From positions 12,028,001 through 12,092,000 of the forward strand of contig NC_043016.1 of assembly GCF_006345805.1 (NCBI RefSeq): 64,000 nucleotides of DNA, in the 5' to 3' direction. The DNA comes from Octopus sinensis. Lineage: Eukaryota. A program made the position numbers and the translations under genes. The notes beneath the pieces were generated by a model. That model was not told the DNA's origin. It ran no database searches and saw nothing but the letters and a program-made list of their open reading frames with translations. Positions 1 through 13,574 of this stretch are shown here, in pieces; position 1 is the stretch's first letter; every line of letters starts with the position of its first letter.

Positions 1-299
1 AAATTAAAGCTGAACAAATACAGTGATCTAGATCTTCCTGTAATGGCAATGGGTACTGCTCCTCATAATTTTATATCGATAAGTATGTCTTTAAGTTTTT
101 CATTGAAAGGAATGTCACCATCATCATAGTTTAACGTCCTTGTTCCATGCTGATATGGATTGCATAGTTTGACAGGATCTGACAGATCCGAGGACAATAT
201 TGTGTTCCACTGTCTAGTTTGGCATCATTTCTATGCTACTAAAAAACCACTTGAGTGTGTACCTGGGTGCTTTTCTCGATGCCACCAGCACTAGCAAGG

Positions 300-1000
300 T
301 CACAATGCAGCATGCAAGACTATGAAACCTGAGAGAAGTGGCTTCGTTTGAGAAGAAGAAGGGTTAAAGTATGAGAGGGAGCCAAAGTAGAATAGGTTCC
401 TTAATATAGAGGAACAACCATAGCTACTACACACACATTTTTGAGGAGATAGTGTGGGGATGATTAGGGTAGAGCTAGGATGAGATAAAAATAGTGTAGA
501 TGAGGCATCAAAGTAGACCCTCAAGGTTTGAGGTGAATAGAAGCAAATGGGGGTAGAAGTGAGAGTGGGTAGGTAGAGGATGCAAGCATGAATGGGAGTG
601 AGAGAGATGGAGAATGGATGAGGAGGTGAATATAATGAATGAAAAACAATATGTTGTGGGAGGAAGATGTAGTGAACAGTTTATGAGGGATGGTGCATGA
701 TGCATGTAGGTGAAGAGCATCAGAATAGTGAAGATACAATAGGCAGGGGAAGGATGAGAGAGAGAGAGAGAGAGATACTGAAATGATGCTGTAGTTGAGT
801 AAGTTTGGGTGGGAGGAGAGTGACAGTGATATAAATGGATGGTGGTGAAGGAGAGATAATTTGGTGGCTCAACAGAGAGATCAGTGTAAAATGTGGGAAG
901 AGACGACTGTATAAGGATGAATATCAAATGAGAAAAAATTAAGTAATATAAAGAGGAAAGCTGCAGTTAGAGAGATAATGGGTTTTGGGAGTGTCTTCAG
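300..1000 (-). pseudogene. Highly decayed possible Penelope-like RT fragment
   Basis: SFDIHPYTVVSSH resembles PLE FDxxSLYTxIPH; same strand asymmetry as 12.2-13.1 kb. Confidence 0.35.
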
Positions 1001-1001
1001 A

Positions 1002-1196
1002 ACAAAACTAGGTGAAGCGTCCAGTTTTGGATGAATGGACACAAAACTAGGTGAAGGGCCCAATTTTGGATGAATGGACACAAAACTAGGTGCAGGACCC
1101 AATTTTGGATGAATGGGCACAAAACTAGGTGCAGGACCCAATTTTGGATGAATGGACACAAAACTAGGTGAAGGGCCTAATTTTGGATGAATGGAC
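1002..1196. repeat. 39-bp minisatellite, 5 copies
   Basis: ACAAAACTAGGTGAAGGGCCCAATTTTGGATGAATGGAC at 1002, 1041, 1080, 1119 and 1158; source of the SIHPKLGPSPSFV ORF repeats. Confidence 0.92.
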
Positions 1197-1431
1197 ACAC
1201 AGTGTTTTAGTACTTTATTATAACATTAACTTTATCACTAAGAGGGATTACCCTTGTATTAAGATTACTATCTAAATTAATCGTCTTAAATATGATTCTA
1301 AAAATAAATATAATTTTATTATCTTATTATTAGTTTATATTTCTAAATATTCCAGTTCTATATTTAAGAGATGAGGAATTGTGTACATTTTTTACAATTG
1401 ACAGATATTTGTCCTCATCTTGTTTGTTGTT

Positions 1432-1477
1432 AACACAACATTTCGACTGATATACCCTCCAGCCTTCATCAGGTGTT
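1432..1477 (-). ncRNA. Minimal type I hammerhead ribozyme motif (Penelope-type), probably degenerate
   Basis: Minus strand AACAC-CUGAUGA-a-GGCUG-gagggtatat-CAGUC-GAAA-U-GUU-GUGUU; stems I and II pair; the usual GAAAC reads GAAAT here. Confidence 0.6.
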
Positions 1478-1524
1478 TTGGGGAAATTTCGAAGCTGGGT
1501 TCTCATTCCTAAGGTATTTTTCAA

Positions 1525-1562
<38 letters not shown>

Positions 1563-2737
1563 TCACTGCCTGGAGGGCATCCAGCCGTAGAAACATTGTC
1601 AGATCAGACTGGGCCTGGTGCAGCCTTCTGGCTTCCCAGACCCCAGTTGAACCGTCCAACCCATGCTAGCATGGAAAACGGACACTAAATGATGATGATG
1701 ATGATGACGATAACTGGAGTGGTATTGCTTTTCTCACTTCCATCAATAAACTGCTCAGTCGCTTCATGCCTTTGAAGATGTTTGAAATGAGGGATCCCTT
1801 ACTTGTATAACAAGCAAGGGTTAGCAAAAGAATGGGCATTCAGGCTGTAAAACAATGCCTCTATAATGTTCATCTAACCAATGCTACCAAAAAATGGACG
1901 TAAAAATAAATGGTGCATGTGTATGTGTATCATCATTGTCATTCAATGTCTACTTTTCTGATACATGTATGGGTCAAAAGGAATAAGATGAGACAGGTTT
2001 TTGTTTTATTGCTGGATGTCCTTCCTGTTGCCAACCTTCACAGGTTTCCAAGCAAGGTAAGATTACCCCATGACTAGACATGTGTTTTTAAGGAAGACTG
2101 AAAACAATAAAACTTGCTTGTATGACAGGTGATACTCATTTACAGCCCTTGTTAAGGTTATCACTACAGATATTCTATAGAGATAACCAAGTGATGTAGA
2201 GTACACTACTGGCACAGTAAAACACGATGTTGACTTATAAAAACGCTTAAAATACATTATAGTATATTATGGTTGCATAATGAAATACAGTGTGCCTATT
2301 AGTGATCATTTACAACCATCACAAGGGCACACACACACACATTCCTTAAGGTCAACTTTGCCTTTCACTCTTCTGGCATCAAATAAAGTTCCTGCTAGTA
2401 CTGGAGTTGATTTGGTCAACTATTCCATCCCAACAAAATTTCTTTCTGGCCCTCATCATCATCATCATCATCACCAGCAGGAGTTAACATTTATTTTCCA
2501 TGCTGGCATGGGTTGGAGAGTTTGACAGGAGCTGGTAAGCCAGAGAACTGTGCCAGGCTCCAGAGTTGTCCATTTTGGCATGGTTTCTATGGTTGGATAC
2601 CCTTCCTAATGCCAACCATTTTACAGAGTGTACTGGGTGCTTCTTAGGTGGTGACAACAATGTGGGTTTTTTTTTTCTGTGCCACCAGCACAAGTGCACT
2701 TTATGTGGCCGTTTATGTTGCATGGGCCTATATATGA

Positions 2738-3125
2738 AATCATCATCATCATCGTTTAACGTCTGTTTTCCACGCTAGCATGAGTTGGACGGTTCGACCG
2801 GGTTCTGGGAAGCCAGGAGGCTGCACCAGGCTCCAGTCTGATCTGGCAGTGTTTCTACGGCTGGATGCCCTTCCTAACGCCAACCACTCCACGAGTGTAG
2901 TGGGTGCTTTTGACATGCCACCTGCACAGGTGCCGGGGGGGGGGTCCGGCATCGGCTACGATTGGTTGGTGCTTTTAACGTGCCGCCGGCACGGAAGCCA
3001 GCCAATGCGGCGCTGGCATTGGCCACGTTTGGATGGTGCTTTTTATGTGCCACCGGCACAGAAGCCAGTCGAGGCGGCGCTGGCAACGGCCACGTTCGGA
3101 TGGTGCTTTCTATGTGCCACCGGAA
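2738..3125 (-). mobile_element. Family C retroposon with internal tandem sub-repeats
   Basis: (CAT)n tail on +; repeated ggtgctttt..gtgccaccggcac modules. Confidence 0.75.
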
Positions 3126-3384
3126 CTATTTAAAACTTACACCTAAAACTTGACCTTGATGATTTCAAATAGCATGCAGGCATAGCTATGTGGTGACAAA
3201 GTTCAATTTGGAACTAAGTGATTCGGGGTTCAATCTCAGTGCATGACACCATGGCAAGTATATTTTACTGTAGCATCAGATTAACCAATATCTTTTGCAG
3301 TAATTTTGATAATTGGAAACTGCGCTTTGTTTTATGCCTGTCTGTGTGTTTGTATGAAAACACATGCTTGTGTATACAGGTTAG

Positions 3385-4045
3385 GTTGAGTTACGTCCCT
3401 TTACACAAAAAAAAAAAAAAGTCGACCTCGGTGGAATTTGAACTCAGAATGTAAAGACAGGCAAAATACCGCTAAGCATTTCACCCGGCATACTAACAAT
3501 GATAATAATCCTTTCTACTATAGGCAGAAGGCCTGTAATTTGGGCGAGGGGAAGCCAGTCGATTAAATCGACCCCAGTACGCAACTGGTACTTCATTTAT
3601 CGACCCCCAAAAGGATGAAAGGCGAAGTCAACCTCAGTGGGATTTGAACTCAGAACGTGAAGATGGACGAAATGCTAAACATTTTGCCTGGCCTGCTAAT
3701 GATTCTGCCAGCTCACCACCATAATAATAATAATAATAACAATAATAATAAGGAGTCGGGAAGACACTCGGCAAGAAAAGGAAGCAAATTTGAAAGAAGA
3801 GAAAAAAAAAAGGTAATAATAATAACAATCCTTTCTACTAAAGGCACAAGGCCTGAAATTTGTGGGGAGGCGACTAGTCGATTACAATGACCCCAGTGTT
3901 TAACTGGTACTTAATTTATCGACCATGAAAGGATGAAAGGCAAAGTCAACCGCAGCAGAATTTGAACTCAGAATGTAGCGATGGACGAAATGCCGCTAAG
4001 CAAATTGTCCGGAGAAGCTAACAATTCTGCCAGCTTGCTGCCTTG
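3385..4045 (-). mobile_element. Cluster of three family A SINE copies separated by (AAT)n, next to exon 6
   Basis: Repeated aggatgaaaggcaaagtcaacc...gaatttgaactcagaa...ctgccagct segments; further copies near 32005-32190 and 54495-54698. Confidence 0.8.
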
Positions 4046-4093
4046 ATAATAACAACAACAACATTAACAGCAACAATAAATTGTAAAACATAC

Positions 4094-4223
4094 CCTCATA
4101 AGTTCTTGTTTCTGTTTTTCTTCTGTATTCAAGCATTTTTTCGTCTGTTTTATTTCATTCATTATAGCTTGAGCTTCATCTATTGTAAAGCCACCATCCA
4201 TTCGCGATAATTTCTGATCAACA
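4094..4223 (-). CDS. WWC1: KIBRA/WWC1 ortholog, coding exon 6 (not in the ORF track); gene continues beyond the window start
   Basis: Acceptor ttttgcAG; 130 nt; (A)VDQKLSRMDGGFTIDEAQAIMNEIKQTKKCLNTEEKQKQELMR, matching KIBRA IDKKMS...DEAQAVLRE...EKEKQDL; donor GTATGT; no further exon recognised in 1-4093. Confidence 0.94.
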
Positions 4224-4357
4224 CTGCAAAATTAGAAGTCATTATATCAATTTGTTTTGTTTGCCTTCAATAGTAAATGAAACAATAATAAATGTCTTAA
4301 ATTATATATTACTAAACATTTCAACTACTTATCGTTCTACTAGTAGTTTCAACAAAT

Positions 4358-4634
4358 AGCCAGAGATGATTTTTAAAATGAGAATATCTGAAATAAACTC
4401 AACTGCTCTCACAAACGAGAATACTAAAAATGAACCTGACTGCTCTCAAAAATTAAGTAAAAAAAACAGGAAAGATAATCCAGAATCCTTGTCCGGTACT
4501 GGATCAATCCCAAATTCTAATCAGTTCATGCCAGTCATGAGGCCAAACATCCAGCGGTTCTTGAGATATCTTGTCCATGGACAAACAAACATGACTGAAA
4601 ACAATACCTCTGCCTTCACTAAGGTGGATGTAAT
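4358..4634 (+). mobile_element. Non-autonomous element with a 3' hairpin (Helentron/HINE-like), 5'-truncated; second copy at about 59593-59880
   Basis: Shared agccagagatgatttttaaaatgagaatatctg...; 3' imperfect palindrome acctctgcc-ttcactaa-ggtggatgt; the second copy starts AACAAGAGCACTCAG and is nested in a piggyBac-like MITE. Class assignment is inference. Confidence 0.55.
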
Positions 4635-5102
4635 AACGGAAATATTGTTGTGTCTAGGGAGAGTCATAATTAAAATAACAGAGAATATTTAAAAAAAAAA
4701 GTTACTGTAAATTTCACAATTTATCCAAAAATTGGAAAGTATTTAGATTTTATTTTACCCAATTCACTCACAAAGCTTTGGTCAGCCCGAGACTATAGTA
4801 GAAGACACTTGCCCAAGGTGCCATGCAGTGGGACTGAACTCAGAACAATGTAGTTGGGAAGCAAGCTTCTTACCACACAAGATCTGTGTAATTAATTTAT
4901 CTTTTACTGGCTTCAGCCAGTGGACAGTGGTCAATACGAGGCACTATTTTCAGTGGTTTATTTGATCAAATCAACTCTTGTACGTTTTTTTCTCTTTAAA
5001 GTTTAGTAGTTATTATATCAGGCATCTTTTGCTGAATTGCTAAGTCATACGGATATAAACTACACAAGTTGTCAAGTGTCGGAGAACCCAAAGACATACA
5101 CA

Positions 5103-5511
5103 TATGAAGGAATATTGAAAAGCTCCTGGCTTTAAGGGTTTTGTGAAAGGCTTGGTTGGACGCCCAACCTTCTGAATTTCTTTACAGTACTTAGAAAAAC
5201 TGAAGGACCGCTGCAATAAGTGTGTGAATCTGGGAGGGGGATATGTTGAATAAAATCATAACTGATCCTCCAGTATTTTCTTTTACTCAAAACCAGGAAC
5301 TTTCAGCACCCCTCATGTATGTGTGTGTGTGTGTTTTTATACAAGGGGATGCTGAAAAGTTCCTGGCTTTAAGGGTATCATGAAAGGCTTGGCTGGGGGC
5401 CCAACCTTCCGAGTTCTTTTACAGGGCTTAGAAAAACTGAAGGACCACAGCAATAAGTATGTGAATAAAATCATGACTGCTCCTTCTGGAACTTTTCAGC
5501 ACACCGTCGTA
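5103..5511 (+). mobile_element. Two mariner-derived MITEs (5103-5319 and 5340-5511)
   Basis: TIRs TACAAGGGGATGCTGAAAAGTTCC / GGAACTTTTCAGCACACCGTCGTA; internal LEKLKDRCNKCVNL resembles the mariner transposase C-terminus. Confidence 0.75.
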
Positions 5512-7159
5512 CATACACACACACATCATCATCATATAGCATCCGTTTTCCATGCTAGCATGGGTTGGACGGTTCAACTGGGGTCTGTGAAGCCAGAAAG
5601 CTGCATCAGGCCCAGTCAGATCTGGCAGTGTTTCTACGGCTGGATGCCCTTCCTAACGCCAACCACTCCGTGAGTGTAGTGGGTGCTTTTTACGTGCCAC
5701 CCGCACAGATATACACATATACATAAATACATATAAAGACAGCTGAAGGAGGGAAGCATATGTTTGAAGTTCTTGTCCACTTTGAACCTTTTTTTTTTAT
5801 CTTTTGTTCCCGTTCAAAGCTGCCCTTCATTAAAATTCCAGTTCTTACCGAGTTGAACTTGTTTATGGAATTCTTTAGTTTCTTGGTTTATGGCAGTTCC
5901 AATGTATGTATTACACCATACATTGATACAGCATGATTATCCTTCATTGGGATCCTAATTTTTAGAAGGGTACTACTCATTTAGGAATTTCTTGAGGTTT
6001 TGTTGAATATACATACATATGCACTCTGACACACACACATGGCTTAGTGGTCACAACTGCGAGATCATGGTTTCAATTCCCAGACTAGGCAGTATACAGC
6101 ATTCTTAAGCAAAACACTTCATTTCACATTGCTTTAGTGCAGTGGTTCCCAAACATTTGCAGGCTGTTGCCCCTTTGGTTCTAAGGCTGCATTCCTAGTA
6201 CCCTGCCCCACACTCACCATCACAGACATAGACCACTTTTTTTCAAACATCTATTGCCTTGTTTTGATCACCCCATCTTTCTTCAATATTCCCCCCACTG
6301 GATCTTTCCGCTGCCACCCCCCCCCCCGATTTGAGAAGGGGGAACTTGTGTCAGAGGATGAAAGGTTAGAGTGTGATAAAGAGACAGAGAGGCAGAAACA
6401 GATGTCTTTCCACAACAGAGGGGACATTAAGGCATTGGAGGAGGTGATTCGGTATCAGACATGTGACGCAAGTTGATGAGAGGTACTAGGTGAAAAACTG
6501 TGAAGTGTTTTTGAAGATCAAGACAGTGGCGAAGAGGGAAGAAGTGGTGAATGCAGATATCAGGATGTTGTACCTCCTAAGATGAAAACTGAGACGTGTG
6601 GTGATGAGTTGCAGAAAACAACAAAACCTAAGCAGAATGTAGGGAGAGGAACATTAAATATACTGTTATTTCTCTCTCTCTATCACTACACCTTCACTAT
6701 CCCTCATGCATATTTTCTCTGTCCGTCCTTCAATACCCTACTCAGTTCAAGGGTCCTGTGCTGATGTTATGAAAAAAAATATATATGTAAGGGAGACCCC
6801 CTTCATTCATGAATGACCATGGGATTGCACCTAGAAAGTTACCCTCCGAGGTACAGTCCAGGCAAGGTTGTTTATGGAAGACCAGCAGTCACCCATGAAT
6901 ACCAGCCTCCCCTCCCCTCACCACTGATGTCATTCAAGGGAAAGGCAAAGGGGCCGATACAGATTGGCACCAGTGATGCTGCAACTCATTTCTACAGCTG
7001 AGTGAACTAGGGCAACGTAAATAAAGTGTCTTGCTCATGAACACAACACACATTCCAGTCTTGGAATTGAACTCACAACCTCACAATCGTAAGCTCGATG
7101 CTCTAACCACTGAGCCATGCACCTTCACACATATATATACACACACACATAAAATAGGC

Positions 7160-7205
<46 letters not shown>

Positions 7206-8308
7206 TGGTGGCTGAGTGGTTGGTGTTAGGAAGGGCATCCAGCTGTAAAAATCCTGCCATAACAGTCACAAAAGTGTGGGGCAGGCTTTGGCCTGCTCTT
7301 GTGGTACCAACCCACCCATGCCAGCATGGAACATGGACGTTAAATGATGATGATGCTGATACACACTCATATGCATATATGCAAATACATACATTAATGC
7401 ATACGTATATAGACACACACATAAGTAATAGTTCACTTCCCAGATTCTATCTTATAACACTTCTGAATTTACATTATTTCAATCCTCGTTAGATTAATTA
7501 ACATCACAGCTATAGATAAAACACTCAAGCATATAACAACATACCCGCTTACCTAAACTGCAACCAATCATGTTCACAATGGCTGTGATGGATGTCAATA
7601 GATTGCTTTAGCTTTCACACCGAAAATTAAAGGCACAACCATAAACATTCTAAAAGCCACACTTATGGGAGGTCAACAGTTTATTTTCTCACTAACATCT
7701 GAACATGCCTTACAGTAAACTGACAAGCCATTTCCTCCAACCTCTTTCCTTCTACTTTAATCAATCTTAGAACACACAGACACATCAGTTGAAAAGCATC
7801 TCACTTAAAGTTTAGTCATTCACAGCCTTGTCACAATATTTACAGAACATCTGTGATGTTTACAGAGGATGTGGATATGAGATTGACAGGCAGCAGCCCA
7901 GCACTTTCAATCCAAGGGTTTTTTTTTTGTTAACCTAACAGTTACACAATTATTTATAGCTCTATCCACTTCGAGTTACACTGTTAAAAACAATTTTTTT
8001 TCGTGTTTCCATGATGTTTCTGAATGCTTATGACATAAACGATATATCATGTGATCGACCTGACCACTGGAAGTTGTTATACATCGCTGGTCACAATGCA
8101 CTTCACATCATTTTAGCTTTTGAATGATGCCACCCTGCTGGGTAGGCGAAAAGTGCAACATACTCCTTGATCGGAGGGCTACTCTGTCACAAGGTTATTC
8201 ATTCACATCTGAGTGGACTGGAGCAACACGAAATGAAGTGTTTCAATTAAGAACACAATGTGCCACTCAGTCCAGGACCTAAACTCACAATTGCAATATA
8301 TTATATGT

Positions 8309-8620
8309 GGAGGCGCAATGGCCCAGTGGTTAGGGCAGTGGACTCGCGGTAGGAGGATCGCAGTTTCAATTCCCAGACTGGGTGTTGTGTGTGTTTATTG
8401 AGCGAAAACACCTAAACCTCCACGAGGCTCCAGCAGGGAGGGGACCCCTGTTGTACTCTTTCACCCTAACTTTCTCTCGCTCTCTCTTCCTGTTTCTTGA
8501 GTAACGCCGTGATGGACTGGCGTCCCGTCCAGCTGGGGGGGAACACAGATACACCACAGTAACCCGGAAACCGGGCCCACGAGCCTGGCTAGGCTTGAAA
8601 AGGGGCGCATAAATAAATAA
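8309..8620 (+). mobile_element. tRNA-derived SINE (family D)
   Basis: GGAGGCGCAATGGCCCAGTGGTTAGG...GTTTCAATTCCC A/B boxes; (TAAA)n tail. Confidence 0.7.
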
Positions 8621-9122
8621 TATATATATATATATATATATAATCATCATCATCGTTGTTTTAACATTCTACTTTTCTATGCTTGCACAGGTCAGAGGAA
8701 GAGGCTGGAGCTGGGTTTTCCATGGCCAAATACTCTTCCAGTTCATCAAGTAACAACCAGCCTGGATGTGATTTATGAGATGAACTGGAAGCAAATGACA
8801 CTGTTAGTAAAGCTATTGTTTACAAACCTATGTGTAGACTTCAGAAATACAAACTTACTCTCCCAAACACACATCGCCATCATTATTATCGTCATTGTCG
8901 TTTTAGCATCCATTGTTCCATGCTTGCATGGGTCGGATGGAATTAGGTGAGGTAGATTTTTCTAAGGCCAGACATGTTTTCATGGAAGATTGGAAATGAA
9001 TTACACTGCTTGTGTGTCAGTGACACTTGTATACAACTGAGCCTTCTCCTATAGAACTGGACCAACCACAGACTTGTGAGTAGATTTGGTAGGTGGAAAC
9101 TGAAACAAACCAATCATACGTA

Positions 9123-9157
<35 letters not shown>

Positions 9158-9638
9158 GGGGGGGTATTTTCTTTGTGTTCACTGGTTTGTAAAGAACGGC
9201 TTTCTGATGAAGTTGTTTGCTTGCAGTTCAGCATGAAAACATGTCTGGGTTATTTGTTGCTTGAAAGACTGGGAGATTAATGCATCATTTGGAAACAAGT
9301 GGGAGCTGGAGACAGGGAGGGTGTCTGGTAATAAAAACATACCTGTGTCCCAAAGTGCTCTTATCTGACCCATGAAAAAGTAGGCAGTGAAACAATGATG
9401 ATAGATACATATTCATGTATATGTCTGTGTGTGCATGCGCACACATATACAGAGATATCAATATGTACATATGAATGTATATATACTGTTGTGTCTGGGG
9501 AGAGTCATTTTCTTTTTGTGCCTTATAATTTAACATACATACCGACACAAAAAGAAAGTGACTCTCCCCAGACACAACAGAATATGCTTCAACACACGAA
9601 CTCACATAAGAATCTTGCAAACCAAATCCAAAAACGAA

Positions 9639-9716
<78 letters not shown>

Positions 9717-9849
9717 ATGTATACTTATGTTATCTGTGTATATGTATGTATACACATACGTATATGTTTGTATACATAGACACACAGGGCAGTTAAATTC
9801 CATTATAAACTGTACAGTGAGGGTCAACTTTAAAATATACCAACACTAC

Positions 9850-12140
9850 CACTAACAAAAATTTACAAAGATTCCATTCCAAATCATAATGGAAAATTAA
9901 TAACCTTGAGATATGAAATCAAGGTTCAGAGTGAAAACTCCATTATCAAAACAAAAATGTTAGAGCAGGCCAGGATAAACCAGAAGTTTGTTTTTAACTC
10001 GCAAGGAGGGTGTGGAATAAAATACTGCCATAAAAAGAGCCCTTCCTTTTTATGGAAGATCTAAAATCATTCAGGTCTAAGATTTGGAATGAGAGTAAGG
10101 ATTTTAATTGGAGTGTGACATGGCTTGCACAATAAACTGAGAATACTGTCAGCGTTAATAGTTACGCATTCAATCTTAAAATTCACCAATCCTGTGGGAA
10201 AGCTAAATTATGGGAAGATATCAAGAAGAAACCTCATAGGCAGATATCGGTACAAGAAGCTGACTTTTTGAAGAAAGTCGCTAATACAAATGCTTGAAAA
10301 AGATAGACGTACAGAACTGGCTTGTTATAGCATGAGAAAAACGTGTAGCCAGGAATGAAAACACTGCATTGGCAGAGAATTACAGAGCTTTAACATTACA
10401 TATAAATTGCACATAATCTGTCTGAGCCAATTCCTCCAAGACCATTGAGAGTTTAATGATACAAGCTGACAAGTGGAAAGAAAGGAGTGTGGGGGATGCA
10501 TCAAACAAATGTTGGTAAATAAAGCTGTACTGCCTGAAGTAAGAAAACAAAACCTTGTGACAGTATGGCTTGATTACAGAATGGCATTCAATACCATTCT
10601 CCACTCATGGCAACTGAAGTTACTGCAGCTGGCAAAAGAACCTGCTACATCGGTTGCTTCCATCAGAAGACTCATAAAGGCCTCGTCCACAATCTTTACA
10701 CTTGTAACTGAAAGTGGAACAATTGTCTCCACAGACTGCTATTTGATATTAATATTGTTCCATTGCTAACAACTAATTTTTTAATTTGGTCTGGCAGCTT
10801 TCTGCAATACTAGTGACTGATTAGTCACTGCTTTACTATATCAGTAGAAGCAAAGTCTGGTTGGCATGTCGTTATACTGGATAGCAGTGGCCAATCACAA
10901 TCGAATTCACAGAAGTCACATGATGAAGCAGTTTCATCTACTACTGACACTTCTGAGCTCTTTAGCACTATACACCTATATGAGATGATTTATCAAGACG
11001 AACACCACAGTATTACAGTGTTTTTACAAAATACCCATATTAAGTAGGATATAGAGATTGCTAATTGTCTCCGATATCATAAATATTTCCTAGGTAACAG
11101 TTAATCTATGCTTCTATTTATTTTGGCTCTAAATCAACAGTCATCAGAACACATCAAAGAAATCCCTAGGACTTGAACCTCAGATCACTGGTTCTAAAAC
11201 AACACAACACACTAATATTGCCGTAAATTTTTTTGTGGATTATCCGATAGATTTATGCCCAAAATATTTACAATGCCACAAAACAGCTGGATTTAATCAC
11301 ATTTTCTGCAGATGTAAGGATGGAGTTTGGTAAAAGAAATATTCATACTTAACAAAAGTTTTGCATCAAGGATTCCTCTACGTTCACTACTCAACAAAAC
11401 AAGAACTACCTGGGTATCGATGAAAATATATTGTACAAAGGTAATGTGAACAAGGACAGAGTAACCAAAGATTATAATAATAGACTTAAAAAGGTAAGGT
11501 AATCAGAGCTTTCCTCGTACAACAAAACACTATCCCACAATGCATTTGCAATACCCATATTGATACCAACATTTGGGATAATAGACTGATCACCATCATC
11601 GTCGTTGTAGTCATTGTTTAACATCCACTTTCCATGTTGGCATGGGCTGGATGGTTTGGCTTAGAACTGGTAAATCGGGAGGTCGTGCCAGGCACTAATC
11701 TGATTTGGCAAGGTTTCTACAGTTGGATGCCCTTGCTAATGCCAATCACTGCAAGAGTGTGGTTGGTGCTTTTTACGTGCCACTGGCATGAGTGCCAGGC
11801 TGGTGGCACAGGCATTTATAGAAGAAATATGCTCTGTAGACACAAGATCCTGATATCAACTGCAAATTTCCAGAGAAGCAGTGATACTGACAGATTTCAT
11901 TTCAGAACATAAGAGAGATATAAAAGTTCCTTCCAAGGAAGATCTAAAATCATTCTGGTCTAAGATTTGGAATGAAAGTAAGTATTTTAAATGGAGTGTG
12001 ACATGGCTTGCACGATAAACTGAGAATACTGTCAGCGTTAATAGTTACACATTCAATCTTAAAATTCACCAATCCTGTGGGAAAGCTAAATTATGAGAAA
12101 ATACCAGGAGGAAGCCTCATAGGCAGATATCGGTACAAGT
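9850..12140 (+). pseudogene. Decayed R4/Dong-like non-LTR retrotransposon RT, interrupted and partly duplicated
   Basis: ENYRALT; GGCIKQMLVNKAV...NLVTVWLDYRMAFNTILHSW; DVRMEFG; NYLGIDENI...SELSSYNK...NAFAIPILIPTFGIID; ANFQRSSDTDRF. Confidence 0.7.
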
Positions 12141-12214
12141 TGACTTTTAGTAGAAAGTTGTCATTGTTATCATCATCATCATCGTTTAATGTCCACCTTC
12201 CATGCTGATATTGT

Positions 12215-13135
12215 TTAGACAGATGTCACAAATATGTTTAAGACACTATCCACTAATCTATAGCCAGTTTCTCCAATATGTAAGTGTCAATAGAAGTGAT
12301 ATTTAAAAGAGGAAATAAAATATTTTAGAGTGATGGTCAAATGGCCAGTGGCAAGGAAGTGGATCCAAGGTGCATAGAAGTGTTGTGGATGTAAAGGTAT
12401 GTTTTACACTAGGTTCAGGACCAAAAGGAAAATCAAGGCTGGATGAAGAGTTACAGATCAGAAGGGTATGAAAAGTAGGGACTTGGCTGAAAGAAGGGAG
12501 TGGATATTCATAGAATATAGGAAAGGTGAGAGGATCTAAGTGAAGTAGATGGGAAGTGTGCCAGATGGACTATTGAAAGGATAAGATATTAAGGGTGGAG
12601 AGCAGATGTTGGTGGGGTGGAGCAGGATGTGAGCATGGAAATGTGACAAATGTTACAGGTGTGGAGGCAGGTATTATTGACAATAATCTGGGGGAAACAG
12701 TGATGCATGAACTGGAGGGCTGTCAGGTGTGTCTGGATCTTGAAGTAATGATCAAGGTTACAGAGGCAGCAAATGCATAGAAACTGTGAACATGGGATGA
12801 AAGATTTGTAGCAGTTGGGGGTGGGAAGAGGTGAAGTTGAGGTTAAGAGAGGGAGTCAGTTGACTTATAGGTGTAGAGTAGAGAGGGAGAGATTTGGATG
12901 GTTAACAGTGATGGTCATGTCAACGAAATTGAGAGAGGCTGGGTTGGTGGTAGAAGCAAAATCAATGATTAACTGAAAGGAATATGTGAAGTTGATGAAG
13001 GTGGTGAGTTGAGTATGAACAAGAGAGCTGGCCCTTGTGCAACCTTCGATAAATGTACCATACAGTTCAGCCTGACCATAAGCAACAAACGAGTTAGCAT
13101 TACTAGTTTGCATAGTCGCCTCAGTGACCTACTGG
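12215..13135 (-). pseudogene. Penelope-like element remnant (RT C-terminus to GIY-YIG)
   Basis: ...LNFVDMTITV...LSTLHL...SFIPCSQFLCICCLC resembles PLE FLD...SIPxSQFLR; LHIGETGYRLVD at about 12250-12284 resembles the GIY-YIG YIGETG motif; many stops; purine-rich + strand. Confidence 0.65.
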
Positions 13136-13574
13136 TAAAATTTACAGTAGAGAGAGAAATAATTCAAAGGAGAAGCGTAGAGGTGTGTTTACGTCGCCAT
13201 CACTTAGCGGTTCGGCTAAAGAGAGCAACAGAATAAGTACTGGGCTTACAAAGAATAAGTCCTGGGGGTCGATTTGTTCAACTAAAAGGCGGTGCTCCAG
13301 CATGGCTGCAGTCAAATGACTGAAACAAGTAAAAGAGTAAAGAAGTGCTGGGATCCAAGAAGTACTTAGGAGCAAGAGGACTATCATCCTGTAGGATGTC
13401 AGTATATAGGGATTTAATATCTAGAGCAGAGAGGTGGTAGGTGAGAAAGAAGAGGAATTGAACAGAAGAATGTAATTAGCATTATAAATGTGAGAAGTGC
13501 AGTAATCAATGGTTGGAGAATCCTTTTGAAGTTTCATTCATTTTCAGCACTTCAGTTATGACTAGGAAAACTAT

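Noticed and set aside
4366-4692. 108-aa ORF (MIFKMRISEIN...), also at 59663-59863
   Set aside because: Lies in a dispersed non-autonomous repeat present twice with different frameshifts.
8309-8380. tRNA gene
   Set aside because: A/B boxes are present but no complete cloverleaf; it continues into a SINE body and tail. The same applies to the heads at 18280 and 36731.
9204-9240. CTGATGA...GAAA hammerhead candidate
   Set aside because: No stem II or stem I pairing; a chance match. The CTGATGA near 49925 is the Tc1 SDE codons.
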